The notes under the pieces: model-generated
What the model was told of the DNA's origin: nothing
The model's database searches: none
Seen by the model: the letters and a program-made list of their open reading frames with translations, nothing else
Assembly (NCBI GenBank): GCA_021162685.1
Contig: JAGGYF010000015.1
Span: 1-49,951, forward strand
Direction of reading: 5' to 3'
DNA from: Candidatus Iainarchaeum sp.
Lineage (GTDB): Archaea; B1Sed10-29; WALL01
Length of the DNA stretch: 49,951 nt
Program-made: the position numbers and the translations under genes
Shown here: in pieces, positions 46,911 through 49,951 of the stretch
Numbering within the stretch: the stretch's first letter is position 1
How the letters are laid out: every line of letters begins with the position of its first letter

Positions 46911-49900
46911 TGAGAGTATGGCCATTTTTGATTATTGTGATGTTTTTTGGAATGGTATGGGCCACTGCAGGCGCATGGCCTTTCTTTTCTCACGATTTAA
47001 GGCGCACTGGTTTAAGTCCATATAGTACGAGCGATAATCCAGGCACCCTCAAATGGAAATTCAAAACAGACAGTTGGGTTGAGTCATCCCCTGCAATCTC
47101 CTCAGACGGCACAATCTACTTCGGCTCAGGTGACTATTACCTCTATGCCCTCTATCCAAACGGCACCCTCAAATGGAAATACAGAACAGGCGGTGCTATT
47201 GGTTCATCCCCTGCAATCTCCTCAGACGGCACAATCTACTTCGGCTCATATGACTATTATCTCTACGCTCTCAACCCAGACGGCACCCTCAAATGGAAAT
47301 ACGAAACAGGCAGTCCAGTTTTTTCATCCCCTGCAATCTCCTCAGGCGGCACAATCTACTTCGGCTCACGTGACAATTACCTCTATGCCCTCTATCCAAA
47401 CGGCACCCTCAAATGGAAATACGAAACAGGCAGTCCAGTTTTTTCATCCCCTGCAATAGCATCAGATGGCACAATCTACTTCGGCTCAGATGACCATTAC
47501 CTCTATGCCCTCTATCCAAACGGCACCCTCAAATGGAAATTCAAAACAGACAGTTGGGTTGAGTCATCCCCTGCAATCTCCTCAGACGGCACAATCTACT
47601 TCGGCTCAAATGACAATTACCTCTATGCCCTCTATCCAAACGGCACCCTCAAATGGAAATTCAAAACAGGTAGTTATGTTTACTCATCCCCTGCAATAGC
47701 ATCAGACGGCACAATCTACTTCGGCTCAGACGATGATTACCTCTATGCCCTCAACCCAGATGGCACCCTCAAATGGAAATTCAAAACAAATAATTATGTT
47801 TTGTCATCCCCTGCAATAGCATCAGACGGCACAATCTACTTCGGCTCAGATGACCATTACCTCTATGCTATCGGTTTAACCCCCGGTTTGAATCTCGCTC
47901 CAAACATAGATATTCCAGATCAGAGTGGGCAGGTGGGTGTTGCGTTTCCAGACAATTTCGTTGATTTGTGGCAATATACGGATGACGAAGAAGATAGCGA
48001 CGATGCATTATCGTTTGAAATAACCACACAGTCAGATACAAGCATTACCCAATGTGCAATAGTTTCCAACAGATATATAGATTGTACAACACCAACAAAG
48101 GCAGGATTTACTGATATAACAGTAAATGTTACAGATACGGGCGGGGCATCCTCCCTGGATACGTTCAGGATAACTGTAAGTTCAACGAGTCCACCAACAT
48201 GTTCATTTACAGCAAATCCAGAGTCAGGAGATGCACCTCTGACAGTGCAATTTGATGCATCTGGAACAACGGGTCCAAGACCAATTGTTTCATATATATG
48301 GGACTTCGGCGATGGAGCGTCTGATTCTGGCATTACAACAAGCCATGAATATACTGCGGTGGATACATTTACAGCTACGTTAACTGCAACAGATGACAGT
48401 GGAGGGACATGTACTGCAACAAAAACAATAACGACAACATTGCCCACTGATGCAACAGGACCTGTTGCAGTGATTAGTGCAGACCCTACATCTGGATATG
48501 CTCCTCTAACTGTGTCCTTTGATGGTTCAGGAAGCCATGATGATGCAGGTATAATATGGTATGCATGGGACTTTGGTGATGGAGAGACAAGTGGAGATCA
48601 TGATATGATTGCAGCAGAGCATACCTATTATGATTATGGAACATATACTGCAACATTGACAGTGACTAATGAGTGGGGCATATCAGATAGTGATTCTGTT
48701 GAGATAGATACAACGATGTGCGAGCCAACAGAGATTGTTAAGTATATATGGGATTGGGGAGACGGTACGACTGAGGAAACAACAACAGATACAGCAACAC
48801 ATGCATATACACAGCCAGGGACATACACTATAACATTGACAGCAGTGGATTCATGTGGAAACGAAAACTCAACTACATGGGATGTGACCGTAGAGACAGA
48901 ATATCCTGTTGCAAATGCGGGTCCAGATCAAGTAGTTGATATATCTAAAACAAGTGAGGCAACACTAAACGGTTCTCTTTCGTATGCAACTGGAGGGAAG
49001 ACATTAGTGGATTATACTTGGGATGCAGATTATCCAAACGGCGTAATGGAGAGCGGTGAGATAACAACGCACGTTTACAATGAACCAGGCTTGTATACTG
49101 TGTTTTTGAATGTTTCTGATTCAGATGGGTTATGGGACAATCTATTTGACGAGAATAATACGGCGAAAGTTGCGGTATTTAATTACTCTGAGGAAAACCC
49201 AGACCTTGCAGTAACATCTGGAGGTATAGACTTCTCAGATGATTTTGTTAATGCAGGTGATGACATAGATATAGTCATAGATGTATTTAACTTAGGAGGC
49301 CAAGCGGCAGATTCCTATGTAAGTATCAGCTGGATAGATATGTATGGTGAGAAGTATAGTGCGGGTTCAAAGAGCGTTCACGTGGGAACATTTGACTATA
49401 CATCTGTTAAATTCTATGGTGTAAATGTGCCTGCGGATACTGTTGCACTTAAAGTTTATGTTAAGCCCGTTGAGAACGAGACAAATATTGATAATAATAA
49501 GGCGCAGAGGAAGATTTATGTTAACAATAGACCAAACGCAGTTGCGCAGGCAGAACCCGGATATCAGCCAGAGGTAACAAATCCATACTTCCAGTTTTAT
49601 GGCTATAGGTCAACAGATGATGAGGATTGCCCAGATTACACAGACCAAGATAACTGCAACTTAAAATACTTCTGGGATTTTGGTGATGGAACGTACTCAT
49701 CTGAGGTAAATCCAACCCATGGCTATTCTTTTAATGTTAGCATATACAGGGTCAGATTGGACGTATGGGATTCAGAGGGAGCGAAGGACACGGGGTATGT
49801 TGTTGTTGGAGTGGGTATTGCACCTGAGGGCGTTTTAGGATATGACTTGTATGCAGAAGAGATTAGTTTAAAAAGAGCACCAATTGTTGGTAGAGAGAAC

Positions 49901-49951
49901 GAGATAGTTGCCAAGGTTTCAAATATTGGAAATAATACAAGCCCTGCATTT
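46910..49951 (+). CDS. Giant surface protein: PQQ/BamB-like beta-propeller, PKD and CARDB domains (partial, runs off the window, absent from the ORF track)
   Basis: MRVWPFLIIV... signal; WPFFSHDLRRTG; 7 x GTLKWK...SSPAI..DGTIYFGS..YLYAL; several WD(F/W)GDG; frame at 46910 matches the frame at the window end. Confidence 0.88.
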   Translation, partial: MRVWPFLIIVMFFGMVWATAGAWPFFSHDLRRTGLSPYSTSDNPGTLKWKFKTDSWVESSPAISSDGTIYFGSGDYYLYALYPNGTLKWKYRTGGAIGSSPAISSDGTIYFGSYDYYLYALNPDGTLKWKYETGSPVFSSPAISSGGTIYFGSRDNYLYALYPNGTLKWKYETGSPVFSSPAIASDGTIYFGSDDHYLYALYPNGTLKWKFKTDSWVESSPAISSDGTIYFGSNDNYLYALYPNGTLKWKFKTGSYVYSSPAIASDGTIYFGSDDDYLYALNPDGTLKWKFKTNNYVLSSPAIASDGTIYFGSDDHYLYAIGLTPGLNLAPNIDIPDQSGQVGVAFPDNFVDLWQYTDDEEDSDDALSFEITTQSDTSITQCAIVSNRYIDCTTPTKAGFTDITVNVTDTGGASSLDTFRITVSSTSPPTCSFTANPESGDAPLTVQFDASGTTGPRPIVSYIWDFGDGASDSGITTSHEYTAVDTFTATLTATDDSGGTCTATKTITTTLPTDATGPVAVISADPTSGYAPLTVSFDGSGSHDDAGIIWYAWDFGDGETSGDHDMIAAEHTYYDYGTYTATLTVTNEWGISDSDSVEIDTTMCEPTEIVKYIWDWGDGTTEETTTDTATHAYTQPGTYTITLTAVDSCGNENSTTWDVTVETEYPVANAGPDQVVDISKTSEATLNGSLSYATGGKTLVDYTWDADYPNGVMESGEITTHVYNEPGLYTVFLNVSDSDGLWDNLFDENNTAKVAVFNYSEENPDLAVTSGGIDFSDDFVNAGDDIDIVIDVFNLGGQAADSYVSISWIDMYGEKYSAGSKSVHVGTFDYTSVKFYGVNVPADTVALKVYVKPVENETNIDNNKAQRKIYVNNRPNAVAQAEPGYQPEVTNPYFQFYGYRSTDDEDCPDYTDQDNCNLKYFWDFGDGTYSSEVNPTHGYSFNVSIYRVRLDVWDSEGAKDTGYVVVGVGIAPEGVLGYDLYAEEISLKRAPIVGRENEIVAKVSNIGNNTSPAF
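47042..47871 (+). repeat. Seven tandem 120-bp repeats encoding 40-aa propeller blades
   Basis: ggcaccctcaaatggaaat starts at 47042, 47162, 47282, 47402, 47522, 47642 and 47762. Confidence 0.97.

Noticed and set aside
47079-47699. Repetitive S/T/Q/P-rich ORFs listed in the track
   Set aside because: Alternate-frame shadows of the propeller repeats
47042-47871. CRISPR array
   Set aside because: The 120-bp period is in-frame coding, variable parts are 15 bp or less and recur, and there are no cas genes

Overview
Archaeal chromosomal segment (leaderless/SD-led genes, BRE-TATA promoters, GatDE, aRF1, aIF2a, Nop10, S-layer). The gene set and the separate priL and priS genes suggest a DPANN-type archaeon such as Micrarchaeota, Iainarchaeota or Altiarchaeota; this is inference. 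Core content: priL-priS-GINS-rpl44e-rps27e-aIF2a-nop10-PAC2, EndoQ, Hjc, truD, aRF1, pyrH-coaD-gatD-kinase-gatE, a SAMP-amidohydrolase-TtuA-aminotransferase cluster, an RbgA-like GTPase, an S-layer gene, and a cluster of giant Cys-rich/PKD surface proteins that runs off the right end. Two LAGLIDADG+HTH inteins sit in catalytic motifs: directly after GGQ in aRF1, and inside CxxxCxxC of AmrS. The best candidate for an undescribed system is a minus-strand histidine locus: uORF/AbrB - racemase/AbrB - tRNA-His - hutH - hisS. Both AbrB-type reading frames lack an ATG/GTG/TTG ahead of their first beta-strand. Each is reachable from the upstream ORF by a +1 shift at an identical CTT-CAC (Leu-His) site preceded by an SD-like element at RF2-like spacing, which suggests histidine-sensing frameshifting. 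Also notable are a PKD domain split between two separate giant surface proteins, and a 7 x 120-bp beta-propeller array with a near-identical DNA scaffold and hypervariable loops. All calls come from reading motifs by eye; no searches were run.
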